Below, piece by piece: positions 20,147-30,295 of a stretch of 64,000 nucleotides of DNA. The DNA is taken from positions 34,326 through 98,325 of the forward strand of contig JBBQFP010000002.1 in assembly GCA_038322045.1 (NCBI GenBank), in the 5' to 3' direction. This DNA comes from Actinomycetes bacterium. GTDB lineage: Bacteria; Actinomycetota; Actinomycetes; JBBQFP01. A model generated the notes under the pieces. The model was given only the letters and a program-made list of their open reading frames with translations, had not been told where the DNA came from and did not search any database. A program made the translations under genes and the position numbers. Position 1 is the first letter of the stretch; the number at the start of each line of letters is the position of its first letter.

Positions 20147-20796
20147 GTGCTCGCCTCCTTGACACGACGTATCAGGTCCTTTGCCCGATCGGCCAGCGCC
20201 TGCAGATCGCCGCCGTCCGCGGCGTCGCCCAGCAGGGGGCTCCCCATGCCCACCGCGAAGGCGCCGGCCCGCAGGTACGCCGGGACGTCGCCGATACTGA
20301 CACCGCCCGTCGGCACGAGCGGGATGTCGGGCAGCGGCGCTCGCACGGCCGCGACGTACGCCGGGCCACCAGCCTGCGCGGCAGGGAAGACCTTGACCGC
20401 CGCGGCACCGCCCCGCCACGCCCGCAGGATCTCCGTCGGCGTGAACGCGCCCGGTATCACCGGGACGCCGAGGTCGTGGCCGCGCCGGATCACGTCGAGG
20501 TCCACCGAGGGGCTGAGCAGGTAGCGAGCGCCGGCAGCGACTGCCTGTTCCGCCATCCTGCAGTCCAGGACTGTCCCGGCCCCGACCACGATCTCGGCCG
20601 GCGCCGCCGCCGCGAAGTCGCGCAGCGCCTCCAGCGTGCCCTCCGAGGACAGCGCGAACTCGATGCACGTGACGCCTGCCGACGCCAGCACCTCGGCGAC
20701 CTCGGCAAGGCGGGCGGGGCGCGACGCGCGGAGCACCGCGACGACGCGCGACCGCCCGATCTCGGCCAAGGCCGGGGCTGACCCGGCGGACGTCAC
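20143..20796 (-). CDS. eda: KDPG/KHG aldolase
   Basis: 217 aa Eda family (VFPA, PTGGV). Confidence 0.85.
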   Translation of the reverse strand: MTSAGSAPALAEIGRSRVVAVLRASRPARLAEVAEVLASAGVTCIEFALSSEGTLEALRDFAAAAPAEIVVGAGTVLDCRMAEQAVAAGARYLLSPSVDLDVIRRGHDLGVPVIPGAFTPTEILRAWRGGAAAVKVFPAAQAGGPAYVAAVRAPLPDIPLVPTGGVSIGDVPAYLRAGAFAVGMGSPLLGDAADGGDLQALADRAKDLIRRVKEAST

Positions 20797-22304
20797 TGCG
20801 GCGGCAGCCCTGCGGTCTCGGACTCGGCCGGCGCCGCGGAGTCATCCTCGTACTTGAGGTAGACGGTCTTGCGCCGGTGGTAGCGCTCGAAGCCGTGCAC
20901 GCCGTCGTCGCCGCCGAGTCCGGACAGGCCGTAGCCGCCGTGGAATCCCTGCAGCTGCTCCGGACCGATCTTGTTGATGTAGACCTCACCAGAGTGCAGG
21001 GCGTCGACCGCGCGCATCGCAGTGCGGAAGTCCTCGGTATAGATGTACGACGTCAGGCCGTACTTGGTGTCGTTCGCGAGCGAGACGGCCTCGTCGAAGT
21101 CTTCGAACGACTGCACGGGCAGCACCGGCCCGAAGACCTCCTTCTGCACGATGTCCCAGTCGTTGTGCACGCCGGTAAGCACAGTCGGCGCGAACCAGTA
21201 GCCCTTCTCGAACTGAGGTCCCTCAGGCGGGCCGCCACCCGTCAGGAGCTGGGCGCCCTGCGCGACCGCGGCGTCGACGAACGCCTGCACCTTCTCGACC
21301 TCGGGCTTGTTGACCTTCGGCCCCATCTCGGTGTCCTCGTTCATCGGGTCGCCGACCTTGAGCGCCTCCGCCCGCGCCACGTACTTGTCGAGGAACTGGT
21401 CGTACACCCCGGACTGCACGTAGGTGCGCTCGTTGCACGTGCAGACCTGCCCGCAGTTCCACATACGCGCCTCGAACGCCGCCTGAACAGCCGCGTCGAC
21501 GTTCGCGTCGTTCATGACGATGAACGGCGCCTTGCCGCCGAGCTCCAGCGACACGACGGTGATGTTCTCGGCCGACGCGGCAAGGATCTCGCGTCCGGCG
21601 CGCACCGAGCCGGTGACCGTCACCAGCGCCGTGATCGGGTTGCGCACCAGCGCGTCGCCAACAACGCGGCCGGCACCCGTGACCACGTTGACGACCCCGG
21701 CGGGGACGCCCACCTCGTCACAGATCTGCGCGAGCGCGAGAGCCGAGAGCGGGGTGTCCTCGTGCGGCTTCAGCACGATCGCGTTGCCGGCCATGATCGC
21801 CGGCCCGACCTTTCGGGCGAACAGAGCGGACGGGTAGTTCCACGGGATGATGCCGACGACGACGCCGTAGGGCACCAGCCGACTGATCAGCTGCTCACCG
21901 CGGCCGTCCGGTGCGTACATCGAACCGATCTGGCCTCGCTCGAAGCTCGTGGAGAAGTTGAAGAACCCGGCAGTGCCGCCGATCTCACCCCGAGCCTCGT
22001 TGATCGTCTTTCCCTGCTCCGCCACCACGAGCCGGGCCAGGTCTTCGGATCGTTCCTGGATCTTCGCGACGATCGCGCGGACGACAGCCGCCCGCTCGAC
22101 GTAGCTTCGTCGCGCCCACTCCTTCTGCGCGCGCTGCGCGGCCTCGAGAGCCTGCTGGGCGTGCTCGGCGGTGCCCTCGGGCACCTCCATCAGCACTTCT
22201 TCGGTCGCCGGGTTGAACACCGGGCGGGTCTCGCCGGCGCTCACCCACTCGCCGCCGAGATACATCTCGGGCCGCGGGAGAAAGCTCGCGGTCTGCGCCG
22301 TCAT
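20793..22304 (-). CDS. NAD(P)-dependent aldehyde dehydrogenase
   Basis: ALDH motifs (LELGGKAP, catalytic Cys region CTCNERTYV, GGYGLSG). Confidence 0.9.
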   Translation of the reverse strand: MTAQTASFLPRPEMYLGGEWVSAGETRPVFNPATEEVLMEVPEGTAEHAQQALEAAQRAQKEWARRSYVERAAVVRAIVAKIQERSEDLARLVVAEQGKTINEARGEIGGTAGFFNFSTSFERGQIGSMYAPDGRGEQLISRLVPYGVVVGIIPWNYPSALFARKVGPAIMAGNAIVLKPHEDTPLSALALAQICDEVGVPAGVVNVVTGAGRVVGDALVRNPITALVTVTGSVRAGREILAASAENITVVSLELGGKAPFIVMNDANVDAAVQAAFEARMWNCGQVCTCNERTYVQSGVYDQFLDKYVARAEALKVGDPMNEDTEMGPKVNKPEVEKVQAFVDAAVAQGAQLLTGGGPPEGPQFEKGYWFAPTVLTGVHNDWDIVQKEVFGPVLPVQSFEDFDEAVSLANDTKYGLTSYIYTEDFRTAMRAVDALHSGEVYINKIGPEQLQGFHGGYGLSGLGGDDGVHGFERYHRRKTVYLKYEDDSAAPAESETAGLPPQ

Positions 22305-22368
22305 GTGCGGATCCTTCCTAGGTGGAGCGGCGCGCTGCCCGCGCCGCGGGTGGGGATGGTGCGATGCG

Positions 22369-23424
22369 CTAGCCGCGTCGCGGGTCGAGCAACGCCTTGA
22401 CGACCCGCCGCTCTGCGAGGGCGTCGAAGGCCGACTGCCATCGGGACAGCGGGAAGACGGTGGCGAGCGGCGAGGGATCGACCGTCCCGCGAGCCATGAG
22501 AGCCAGCGCGCCGTCCCAGCTCGACCACGAAGACGACAGGGAGAAACTGATGTCCAGAGCGCGAGTCATCGCCAGGTCCCACGGGATCTCCAGGGTCGAC
22601 CGCCCGCTCACGCCTACGACGCACAGGCGCCCGCGACGTCGCAGCACGCGCATCGCGGTCGCGATGGCTTGCGCAGACCCCGACGCCTCGATCACGAGGT
22701 CGGCGCCCCGGCCGGCGGTGAGCTCGTCGACCGCCGCGTCGACATCGACGTCAGTGGTGTCCCACGTCCTCACCCCGAGCTCGCGCGCGAGCCGCAGCCG
22801 CCCCGCGCTGGAGGGGCGCCCGAGCAGGACGACGGTTCCGGCGCCGCAGGCCTGCGCCACGAGGGCGGTGAGCAGCCCGACCGGCCCGGGTCCGAAGACG
22901 AGGACGGTCTCGCCTGGCGAGATCGGCATGCGCTCGAGGGCGGTGACGGCGATCGCGGTCGGCTCGCACAGGGCTGCGGCCAGGTCGGGCACGCTGTCGG
23001 GCACCCGGTGCAGCAGGTGTGCCGGGACCGCCACCTTCGCCGCCATGCCGCCGTCGATCCCCCAGCCCGGCGAGCGCTTCGCCGCGCACAGGTGCGCGAA
23101 CCCGCGCCGACACAGGTGGCAGGTGCCGTCGGCGAGGGAGTGCGGCTCGCACACGACGCGGTCGCCTCCCGACCATCCGGTCACCCCGTCGCCGACCTCG
23201 GCGACCCGCCCTGTGAACTCATGGCCGATGGTGACCGGCGGCCAGCTCGGGAAAGTGTTGTGCGCGATGTGCAGGTCCGTACCGCAGATCCCGGCGTACG
23301 TGACCTCGAGCACGACCCAACCCGTGTGCGCCACTGGGACATCGGCGTCAGTGAGAACGAGCTCGGTGTCCTCCGGTGCGAGCTTGCGCAGCGCGGTCAT
23401 CCGCAGCTTCCCGGCATCGCTCAT
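22369..23424 (-). CDS. Zn-dependent alcohol dehydrogenase (MDR family)
   Basis: GICGTDLH and GHEFTG zinc-binding motifs. Start trimmed to MSDAGK (23424). Confidence 0.8.
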   Translation of the reverse strand: MSDAGKLRMTALRKLAPEDTELVLTDADVPVAHTGWVVLEVTYAGICGTDLHIAHNTFPSWPPVTIGHEFTGRVAEVGDGVTGWSGGDRVVCEPHSLADGTCHLCRRGFAHLCAAKRSPGWGIDGGMAAKVAVPAHLLHRVPDSVPDLAAALCEPTAIAVTALERMPISPGETVLVFGPGPVGLLTALVAQACGAGTVVLLGRPSSAGRLRLARELGVRTWDTTDVDVDAAVDELTAGRGADLVIEASGSAQAIATAMRVLRRRGRLCVVGVSGRSTLEIPWDLAMTRALDISFSLSSSWSSWDGALALMARGTVDPSPLATVFPLSRWQSAFDALAERRVVKALLDPRRG

Positions 23425-24398
23425 CGACCAGCCACCTCCACGAGGACCTTGAGCTCGGCCCCCGCACGCAGCAGCGGGAGGGCGTCGGCGGCGCGCTCGA
23501 GCGGAACGTCTCGCGTGAGCAGCGGGTCGGGGTCGAAGGAGCCCAGCACGATCATGTCGACGGCGGCCTGCAGGTCCGACCGGGAATACACCCGGGTGCC
23601 GATGACCGTAAGCTCCTGGAAGCACGTCGCCTGCAGGTCGACCGGCGTGGGACGGCCGTAGACGCCGACAACGAGCACGCGACCGCCGGGACGCAGCGAT
23701 CGGGCCCATGACTGCGCGACCGACGAGTGCGCTGCAGCGTCGAACAGGACGTCTGCCTGGGCCGCCGGGACGCGCTCCTCCGTCCGAAACCCCAGCGACT
23801 CGGCGACGGCGCGGCGCGGCTCGGAGGGCTCCCCGATCACGATCGAGGCTGCGCCGGCGGCCCTGGCGCAGGCCGCGACCGCGAGGCCGATCGGCCCGGC
23901 CCCTGCCACCGCGACGTGCTCGCCCAGGCACAGCCTCGACCGCCGGACTGCGCGCACCGCGACGGCCAACGGCTCGGCGAACGCCAGGCGGCGCAGGTCG
24001 GCCCCGTCGGGCAGCGCGACGATGCCGTCGACGGGTACCGCGACCTGCTCAGCGGCACCGCCCGGGACGTCGATGCCCAGCAGACGCAGCCGCTCGCACG
24101 TGTGCGGGCGGCCGGTACGGCAGGTCGCGCACTCCCCGCAAGGCAGCAGCGGGTTGACGACGACCTTGGTGCCGCGCGCGTACCCGCCGCCGTCGGCCGC
24201 CACCCGGCCGGAGAACTCGTGACCGAGCACGGTCCCGGGCTGCGCCCGCGGGTGCTCCCCCGCACAGATGTGCAGGTCGGTGCCGCACAGGCCGGAGTAG
24301 GCGACGTCGACGAGGAGCTCCCCTGCGCCGGCCGCCGCGGCCGGGACGTCGACCACCGCGGCGCCGTCCCCGCCGGGCCAGGTCAGGGCCCGCATCAC
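23421..24398 (-). CDS. Zn-dependent alcohol dehydrogenase (MDR family), second copy
   Basis: GLCGTDLH, GHEFSG and CGEC structural-zinc motifs. ATGA-coupled to the downstream ADH. Confidence 0.8.
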   Translation of the reverse strand: MMRALTWPGGDGAAVVDVPAAAAGAGELLVDVAYSGLCGTDLHICAGEHPRAQPGTVLGHEFSGRVAADGGGYARGTKVVVNPLLPCGECATCRTGRPHTCERLRLLGIDVPGGAAEQVAVPVDGIVALPDGADLRRLAFAEPLAVAVRAVRRSRLCLGEHVAVAGAGPIGLAVAACARAAGAASIVIGEPSEPRRAVAESLGFRTEERVPAAQADVLFDAAAHSSVAQSWARSLRPGGRVLVVGVYGRPTPVDLQATCFQELTVIGTRVYSRSDLQAAVDMIVLGSFDPDPLLTRDVPLERAADALPLLRAGAELKVLVEVAGR

Positions 24399-25405
24399 AG
24401 CACCCGCGCGATCGGCTCATTGACCGGCGAGCGCGGTGGCTCGCCGTCGAGCACGCGCAGCGCCTCGCGGGCGACCTCTGTCTTGAGCGAGGCGAACGAC
24501 TCCTCGGAGTACCACGCGGCGTGCGGCGTCATGACAATCCTCGGGTGGCAGGCGAGCCGGCGGCCGACGGAGTCCGGCGGCTCGACCGCCAGGACGTCGA
24601 TCGCGGCGGCGGCGATCTCGCCGGCGTCCAGCGCAGCGAGCAGAGCGCAGGTGTCGACGAGCCCACCCCGCGCGGTGTTGACGAGCACCGCGGATGGCTT
24701 CATGGCGTTCAGCGCGCGCTCGTCGATGAGGTTCTCCGTGCTCTCGTCGAGAAAGGCATGCAGCGACACGACGTCCGCCTGCTCGAGCACCTTGGCGAAC
24801 GACACCTTCTCGATCCGGGCGTCGTCCGGTGGGCGCTGCGGGTGCGGGTCGCACCCGATCACTCGCATGCCGAACACCGCAGCACGGCGGCCTGCTGCGG
24901 TGCCGATGGCACCGCAGCCGACAACGCCGTAGGTGAGGGTTCGCAGCCGCCGGAGCGGTCGCGCCTCCTCGTAGTTCCAGCTACCGCTCCTGACGGAGCG
25001 GTCGAGGCACGCGACTCCCCGGAGCATGGACATCGCCAACGCGATGGCATGGTCGGCGACCTCCTCGGTGCCGTAGTCGGGCACGTTGGCCACCCAGACG
25101 CCACGCTCTGTCGCCGCGCCGACGTCGACGTTGTCGACGCCGACGCCGTAGCGCACGACGAGGCGCACCGTCGGCAACGCCTCCAGCACGGCAGCCGTGA
25201 TGGGCGCGTACTGGTTGATCAGCACGGTGGCTCCGGCCGCCTGACTGATGACGTCCTCGGCCGTGGCGCACGTAGCGAGCCGGATCTCGGCGCCGGAGTC
25301 CCGAAGGACCGCCTGCTCCTCGGTGATCGCGCCGTGATCGCAGTCCGTGATGACAACGAGCCGTCCCGCTCCGCTCATGACGGTGTCGCGAGCCTCGATC
25401 GTCAT
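24395..25405 (-). CDS. D-isomer-specific 2-hydroxyacid dehydrogenase
   Basis: GxGxxG NAD-binding motif (GVVGCGAIG) and catalytic NTARG...H region. Confidence 0.8.
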   Translation of the reverse strand: MTIEARDTVMSGAGRLVVITDCDHGAITEEQAVLRDSGAEIRLATCATAEDVISQAAGATVLINQYAPITAAVLEALPTVRLVVRYGVGVDNVDVGAATERGVWVANVPDYGTEEVADHAIALAMSMLRGVACLDRSVRSGSWNYEEARPLRRLRTLTYGVVGCGAIGTAAGRRAAVFGMRVIGCDPHPQRPPDDARIEKVSFAKVLEQADVVSLHAFLDESTENLIDERALNAMKPSAVLVNTARGGLVDTCALLAALDAGEIAAAAIDVLAVEPPDSVGRRLACHPRIVMTPHAAWYSEESFASLKTEVAREALRVLDGEPPRSPVNEPIARVL

Positions 25406-25412
25406 GTCCCGA

Positions 25413-26189
25413 TCAACTCATCACCATGCCGCCCTCGACGTTAAACGTCTGGGCCGTGATGTAGTCAGCGCCGGGACCAGCGAGGAAGAGCGCGAGGGGG
25501 ACGACATCCTCCGGGACCGATGTGCGGCCCAGTGGGATGACGTTCGCGACGTCGCGGAAGGTCTCGCCCTCGGCCTTGCCCGTGATGGCGCCGAACTGCT
25601 TGTCGACCTCCTTCCAGTACGGCGTGTCGACGACGCCAGGTGCCATCGCGTTGACGTTGACGCCGTAGGGCGCCAGCGCGAGGGCGAGCGACTGGTTGAT
25701 GTTGATGACCGCCGCCTTGGAGGCGCAGTAGGCGGAGACGAGCGCCTCACCACGCCGGCCGGCGATCGACGCGAGGTTGATGATGCGCCCGCTGCGCTGC
25801 TGGCGCATGGGCTCGGCTGCGGCCTGGGCCATGAAGAACAGGCCCTTGACGTTGACTGCGAAACACCGGTCCCACTCCTCCGGTGTGGTGCTCCATACCT
25901 CCTTGATGAGGCCGATCCCGGCGTTGTTGATCAGGATGTCGAGATGACCGTGCCGGCTGACGACGTCCTGGACGAGGGCCTTGGACTCCGCCGGCTGGGC
26001 GACGTCAAGCTTCCTGGCCTCGGCCTTCCCGCCGCTGCCCTCGATCTCGGCGACGACCTTCGCACCGGCTTCCTCGTTCAGGTCGGCCACGACGACGGTC
26101 GCGCCCTCACGCGCGAAGGCCAGCGCCATGGCGCGGCCCATGCCCGACGCGGCGCCGGTGATGACGGCGACCTTGCCTTCGAACTGCAT
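25413..26189 (-). CDS. SDR-family oxidoreductase
   Basis: TGAASGMG Rossmann motif, NNAG, and YCASK catalytic motif. Confidence 0.85.
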   Translation of the reverse strand: MQFEGKVAVITGAASGMGRAMALAFAREGATVVVADLNEEAGAKVVAEIEGSGGKAEARKLDVAQPAESKALVQDVVSRHGHLDILINNAGIGLIKEVWSTTPEEWDRCFAVNVKGLFFMAQAAAEPMRQQRSGRIINLASIAGRRGEALVSAYCASKAAVININQSLALALAPYGVNVNAMAPGVVDTPYWKEVDKQFGAITGKAEGETFRDVANVIPLGRTSVPEDVVPLALFLAGPGADYITAQTFNVEGGMVMS

Positions 26190-26264
26190 GGATCCTCCTT
26201 ATGTCCCGAGTGCGGGATGTGTGGACACGCCCGGTCGGGCGTGACGTGGTGGGACGGTTTCGCG

Positions 26265-27482
26265 TCAGGCCGACGCCTCGCTCGTCCGTGGCGGCGCCGC
26301 CTGGTAGCGGCGCAGCGTCTCGCGGTCGAACGCGACGCCGAGTCCAGGCCGTTCCGAAAGCGTGAGGACGGCGTTGCCGTCGAGCTCGACGGGGACGTCG
26401 AGCAGCTCCGAGCGCAAGCCGTTCGGGTTCTGATCGATCTCGAGGACGTGGCTGTTGGGCAGCGATGCGACGAAGTTGAGGTTGGCGACGACGCTGACAG
26501 CGGTCGAGTACACGTGCGGTACCACCGGCAGCCCGGCCGCATAGGCAAGCGCGGCGACGCGGCGGCACGGGGTGATCCCGCCGGTCCAGATGACGTCGGG
26601 CTGCACGACGTCGACCGCGCCGAGCGCGATGAGGTCGCGAAAGCCCGAGACGAGGCTCTCGGTCTCGTACCCGGCCACGGGCGTGTCCAGCGCCTGCGCG
26701 AGCCGTGCGCTGCCCACACGGTCGTCAGTGAGGACCGGCTCCTCGAACCACGCGATGCCGAGCCGGTCGAACTCACGCCCGGCCCGCAGCGCGGTGGCCA
26801 CGTTCCACGCGTTGTTCGCGTCGACCGCGAGCGAGAAGCCGTCGCCGACCGCGGCACGCACGGCGCAGACGCGCTCGAGGTCCTCCTCGAACGAGACGGT
26901 GGCGAAGTCCGGGCGGGCCTGGTGCAGCAGCGGGTTGAGCGGGGTATCGGGCGTGCGGCCGACCTTCATCTTGCCGTTGCGGAACCCCCGTGCCGCGTAG
27001 CCCTGAAACTCCTCGGCGAGCGCCGCGGCGTCCTTGTCCTCGAAGTAGAACCCTGCGCTCGCGTAGCCACGGACTCGGTCGTGGTGGCCTCCGAGCAGTC
27101 GCCACAGCGGCACCCCGGCGGTACGGGCGACGAGGTCCCAGATCGCGATGTCCAGCCCCGCGATCGCCATCGGCAGGGCTCCGCCGTTGCCGAGCTGGTG
27201 AGACGGCCACATCATCTGGTCCCACAGCCGCTCGGGCGCCCGGACGTCCTCACCGAGGATCCGCGGGGCGAGGACGTCGTGGATCAGCGCCTCGGTGACC
27301 GAGCCACTGCCGCCGTAGATCGCCGACTCACCGATGCCCACGGTGCCGTCGTCGGTGGTCATCTCGACCAGCAGCGCTGCTCGGCTGGGGATGTAGTGCA
27401 GCGCGTCGGCCATCGGCCGCTCGAGGGGGTAGTCGACGCGGTACGTCGTCACCTTGGCGATGTGTGGCGGGGTCGGGCTCAT
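26265..27482 (-). CDS. enolase-superfamily enzyme (second MR/MLE-family dehydratase)
   Basis: 405 aa MR/MLE fold (KMKVG, AWFEEP, DANNAW). Confidence 0.8.
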   Translation of the reverse strand: MSPTPPHIAKVTTYRVDYPLERPMADALHYIPSRAALLVEMTTDDGTVGIGESAIYGGSGSVTEALIHDVLAPRILGEDVRAPERLWDQMMWPSHQLGNGGALPMAIAGLDIAIWDLVARTAGVPLWRLLGGHHDRVRGYASAGFYFEDKDAAALAEEFQGYAARGFRNGKMKVGRTPDTPLNPLLHQARPDFATVSFEEDLERVCAVRAAVGDGFSLAVDANNAWNVATALRAGREFDRLGIAWFEEPVLTDDRVGSARLAQALDTPVAGYETESLVSGFRDLIALGAVDVVQPDVIWTGGITPCRRVAALAYAAGLPVVPHVYSTAVSVVANLNFVASLPNSHVLEIDQNPNGLRSELLDVPVELDGNAVLTLSERPGLGVAFDRETLRRYQAAPPRTSEASA

Positions 27483-28276
27483 GCGGTGTACCCCATTCGT
27501 TGCGAGATGTCGGCGGCGGTAGCCAGCAGCAGCGGGACGATGGCGGCGCGCTTGCGCGGCATCCGCTCGGAGGGACCGGCGACGGAGATGGCCGCGATCG
27601 GCCTACCGGTGCGGTCGCGGAGCGCCGCCCCGACGCACGAGACGCCTTCTTCGACCTCCTCGCGGTCGGTGGCGTAGCCGCGCGCCCGGGTTGCGAGGAT
27701 GTCGGCACGCAGCACGATGGGGTCCGTGATGGACTGGTCGGTGAGGGCGATCATCGGCAGCGTCCTCAGCGAGGTCTCCAGCTCGTCGTCGGGCAGCGCG
27801 GCCAGGTAGGCCTTGCCCAACGAGCTGCAGTTGAGCGGCCGGCGGGTGCCCAGGTGCGCCGTGACCTTGATCGCACCTGGCCCCTCTGCCTGGTAGACAT
27901 AGATCATCCCGTCGCGCCGGGCCACTGCAAGGTTGACGGTCTCCTCGGCTTCCTGCGCTAGAACGACCAGCCGCGGCGGTGCGACGTCCATGACGTCGAG
28001 CTGGTTGAGGGCGGCCACGCCGAGAGGGATGAGCTGCGGTCCGAGCCGGTAGCTCCCCTCCGGCCGTGACTCCTGGAGGTAGCCGATGGAACGCAAGCGG
28101 TCGACGAGCCGGTAGGCGCTGCTGCGGGACAGGCCCAGCCCCTTGGCGACGTCCGCGGCCGACACGCCGCCCCGCTCGGCCGCGAGCTGCAGGACCGCCA
28201 GACCCTTCTCGAGCACGCCGCCCAGCGCCTCGTCAGCGGGCACCGTCTGGTGCGGGTTGAGGGCCTCGGCGGTCAT
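27479..28276 (-). CDS. IclR-family transcriptional regulator
   Basis: N-terminal HTH (VAKGLGLSRSSAYRL) plus a C-terminal IclR effector domain. Start at MTAEAL, coupled to the permease stop. Confidence 0.8.
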   Translation of the reverse strand: MTAEALNPHQTVPADEALGGVLEKGLAVLQLAAERGGVSAADVAKGLGLSRSSAYRLVDRLRSIGYLQESRPEGSYRLGPQLIPLGVAALNQLDVMDVAPPRLVVLAQEAEETVNLAVARRDGMIYVYQAEGPGAIKVTAHLGTRRPLNCSSLGKAYLAALPDDELETSLRTLPMIALTDQSITDPIVLRADILATRARGYATDREEVEEGVSCVGAALRDRTGRPIAAISVAGPSERMPRKRAAIVPLLLATAADISQRMGYTA

Positions 28277-29280
28277 GCCGCCCTCCCCGTGGCACTCCGA
28301 CGTCTGATGAGCCGCACCTGCAGCAGGACGACGACCAGCAGGAACGCGCCACGGATCACCGATTCCCAGTACGAGGAGATGGTGAGGACGTGCTTGCTGT
28401 TCTCGAACACGATCAGGTTGAAGATGAGCTGCAGCAGCATGACGCCGACCAGGGTCGAGAGCACGGAGCCGATGCCACCGGTCAGCAGGGTGCCGCCGAC
28501 GACCACGGCCGCGATGGCGGACAGCTCCCACCCCTGGCCGGCCGCCGTATCGACAGATCCGTTCTGCGACCCCAGGAACACCCCGGCGCAGCCCGACAGC
28601 GCGCCAGACAAGACGTAGACGCTGAACGTCGTCCGAGCGACCGGCAGCCCCATGAGCCGGGCGGCGTCCACGTTGCCGCCGACGGCGAGGACCTGCCGGC
28701 CCCACGGCGCGTAGTGCAGGGCCGCGGCACCCCCCACGAACGCCAGGACCATCGCCCAGGCAGCGACCGGCAACCCGAAAGCGCTCCAGTCGCCGAGCTT
28801 CTGGAAGTTCGACTCCGACGAGGCCACCGCGGCGCGGGTGTGCGCGACATTCAGGGCGAGCCCTCGCACCGCTAGCAGCATCGCCAGCGTCACGATGAAT
28901 GGCTGCAGCTTGAGCCGCGTGATGAGCCACCCGTTGACGATCCCGACGAGGGCGCCGACGCCGATACCCGCGGCGAGGCCCGCCACCAAGCCGTGCTGGC
29001 TTACCTTGATCGCCACGACGCCGCCGAGCGCGACGACCGAGCCCACCGAAAGGTCGATGCCGCCGGTCATGATGACGAAGGTCATGCCGAGCGCGACGAG
29101 CCCGTACTTGGCATTGTCGGCGAGCAGGCTCTGGACGTTGTAACCCGTGGCGAACCGGTCCCCGTAGCGCAGGACGCCCAGGACGACGAGCAGGACAAGC
29201 GCAATCAGAGCGCCCTGGCGTTGCAGCAGCAGCCCGACCTGAAGGCGGCGCGCACGCGGCGGGGCGGTGGCGGTGGTCAT
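28273..29280 (-). CDS. sugar ABC transporter permease (RbsC/AraH-like)
   Basis: Multi-TM hydrophobic protein with the GGIDLSVGS motif. Start at MTTATAPP. Confidence 0.8.
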   Translation of the reverse strand: MTTATAPPRARRLQVGLLLQRQGALIALVLLVVLGVLRYGDRFATGYNVQSLLADNAKYGLVALGMTFVIMTGGIDLSVGSVVALGGVVAIKVSQHGLVAGLAAGIGVGALVGIVNGWLITRLKLQPFIVTLAMLLAVRGLALNVAHTRAAVASSESNFQKLGDWSAFGLPVAAWAMVLAFVGGAAALHYAPWGRQVLAVGGNVDAARLMGLPVARTTFSVYVLSGALSGCAGVFLGSQNGSVDTAAGQGWELSAIAAVVVGGTLLTGGIGSVLSTLVGVMLLQLIFNLIVFENSKHVLTISSYWESVIRGAFLLVVVLLQVRLIRRRSATGRAA

Positions 29281-29290
29281 CGGCCGGTCC

Positions 29291-30295
29291 TCACGACTCG
29301 TGGCGCTGCAGGTACAGCGCGGCAACGATCACGACACCCTCGATCATCTGGGCGACTTCCTTGGTGATGCCGTGCGCGATAAGGGTGTTCTGCAGCAGCT
29401 TGAGCATCACGGCACCCACGACCGCCCCCCACACAGTGACGCGACCACCTGTCAGGGGCGTGCCCGCGACGGCCACGGCGGCGATCGCGTCGAGCTCCAT
29501 GCCGAGACCGGTGTTGTTCGCGTCCGAGGCGGAGTTCGCCGACACCGCGATGAGTCCGACGAGCCCCGCAAGCGTCGCTGAGGCGATGTACGCGTAGAGC
29601 TTCACGCGTGCCGACGGCACGCCGGCCAGCCGCGACGCCGTCTCGTTCCCCCCCACCGCCAGCACGTGGCGGCCGAAGACCGTCAGCCGCATGACCAGCC
29701 ACGCGACGACGGCGACGACCAGCGCGATGATGACCTGAGCCGGTACGCCGCCAGGCCTGGCCAGGCCGACCCACTGGAACGCGGGGTTGGCGAGCGGCTG
29801 CAGCTCACCCCCTGTGATGAGCTGGGCTATGCCGCGTCCCGCGATGAAGAGGATGAGCGTTGCGATGATCGGCTGAACGCCGTAGCGGGCCACCAGAGTG
29901 CCGTTGAAGAACCCGCACACGGCCGACACCAGCAGCGCGGCGGCCATCGCGAGCACGACGGGATGGTCGTGGAGCACGATCGTGGCGCCGACCTGTCCCG
30001 CGATCGCCATGACGGACCCCACGGACAGGTCGATACCGGCGGTTCCGATGACGATCGCCATGCCGATCGCGACGATGGCGATCGGAGCAGCCTGCCGCAG
30101 CAGGATGAACAGCAGCGACTGCTTGGTGAGGAAGTGCGGGGTCTCGACGGCGTTGTACAGGAACAGGACGGCGAGCGTTGCAAGCGCGCCGTACTTCTGC
30201 GCATAGCCCTTCCACTGTTCCCGCATCCGGGCGCGCGACCGGACAGTCGCGGAAGGGGCGTCGGCCGCTGGCGTCTGAACAGCACCCTGTGTCAT
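29291..30295 (-). CDS. sugar ABC transporter permease (second)
   Basis: Paralogous permease with the GIDLSVGS motif. Confidence 0.8.
   Translation of the reverse strand: MTQGAVQTPAADAPSATVRSRARMREQWKGYAQKYGALATLAVLFLYNAVETPHFLTKQSLLFILLRQAAPIAIVAIGMAIVIGTAGIDLSVGSVMAIAGQVGATIVLHDHPVVLAMAAALLVSAVCGFFNGTLVARYGVQPIIATLILFIAGRGIAQLITGGELQPLANPAFQWVGLARPGGVPAQVIIALVVAVVAWLVMRLTVFGRHVLAVGGNETASRLAGVPSARVKLYAYIASATLAGLVGLIAVSANSASDANNTGLGMELDAIAAVAVAGTPLTGGRVTVWGAVVGAVMLKLLQNTLIAHGITKEVAQMIEGVVIVAALYLQRHES

Noticed and set aside
18998-20989. 663-aa ORF as one protein
   Set aside because: The N-terminal about 280 aa are Arg/Gly-rich and overlap eda on the same strand in a different frame. The enolase-superfamily gene starts at GTG 20146.
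25347-27677. 776-aa plus-strand ORF
   Set aside because: Antisense to the SDR and enolase-superfamily genes. Low-complexity translation.
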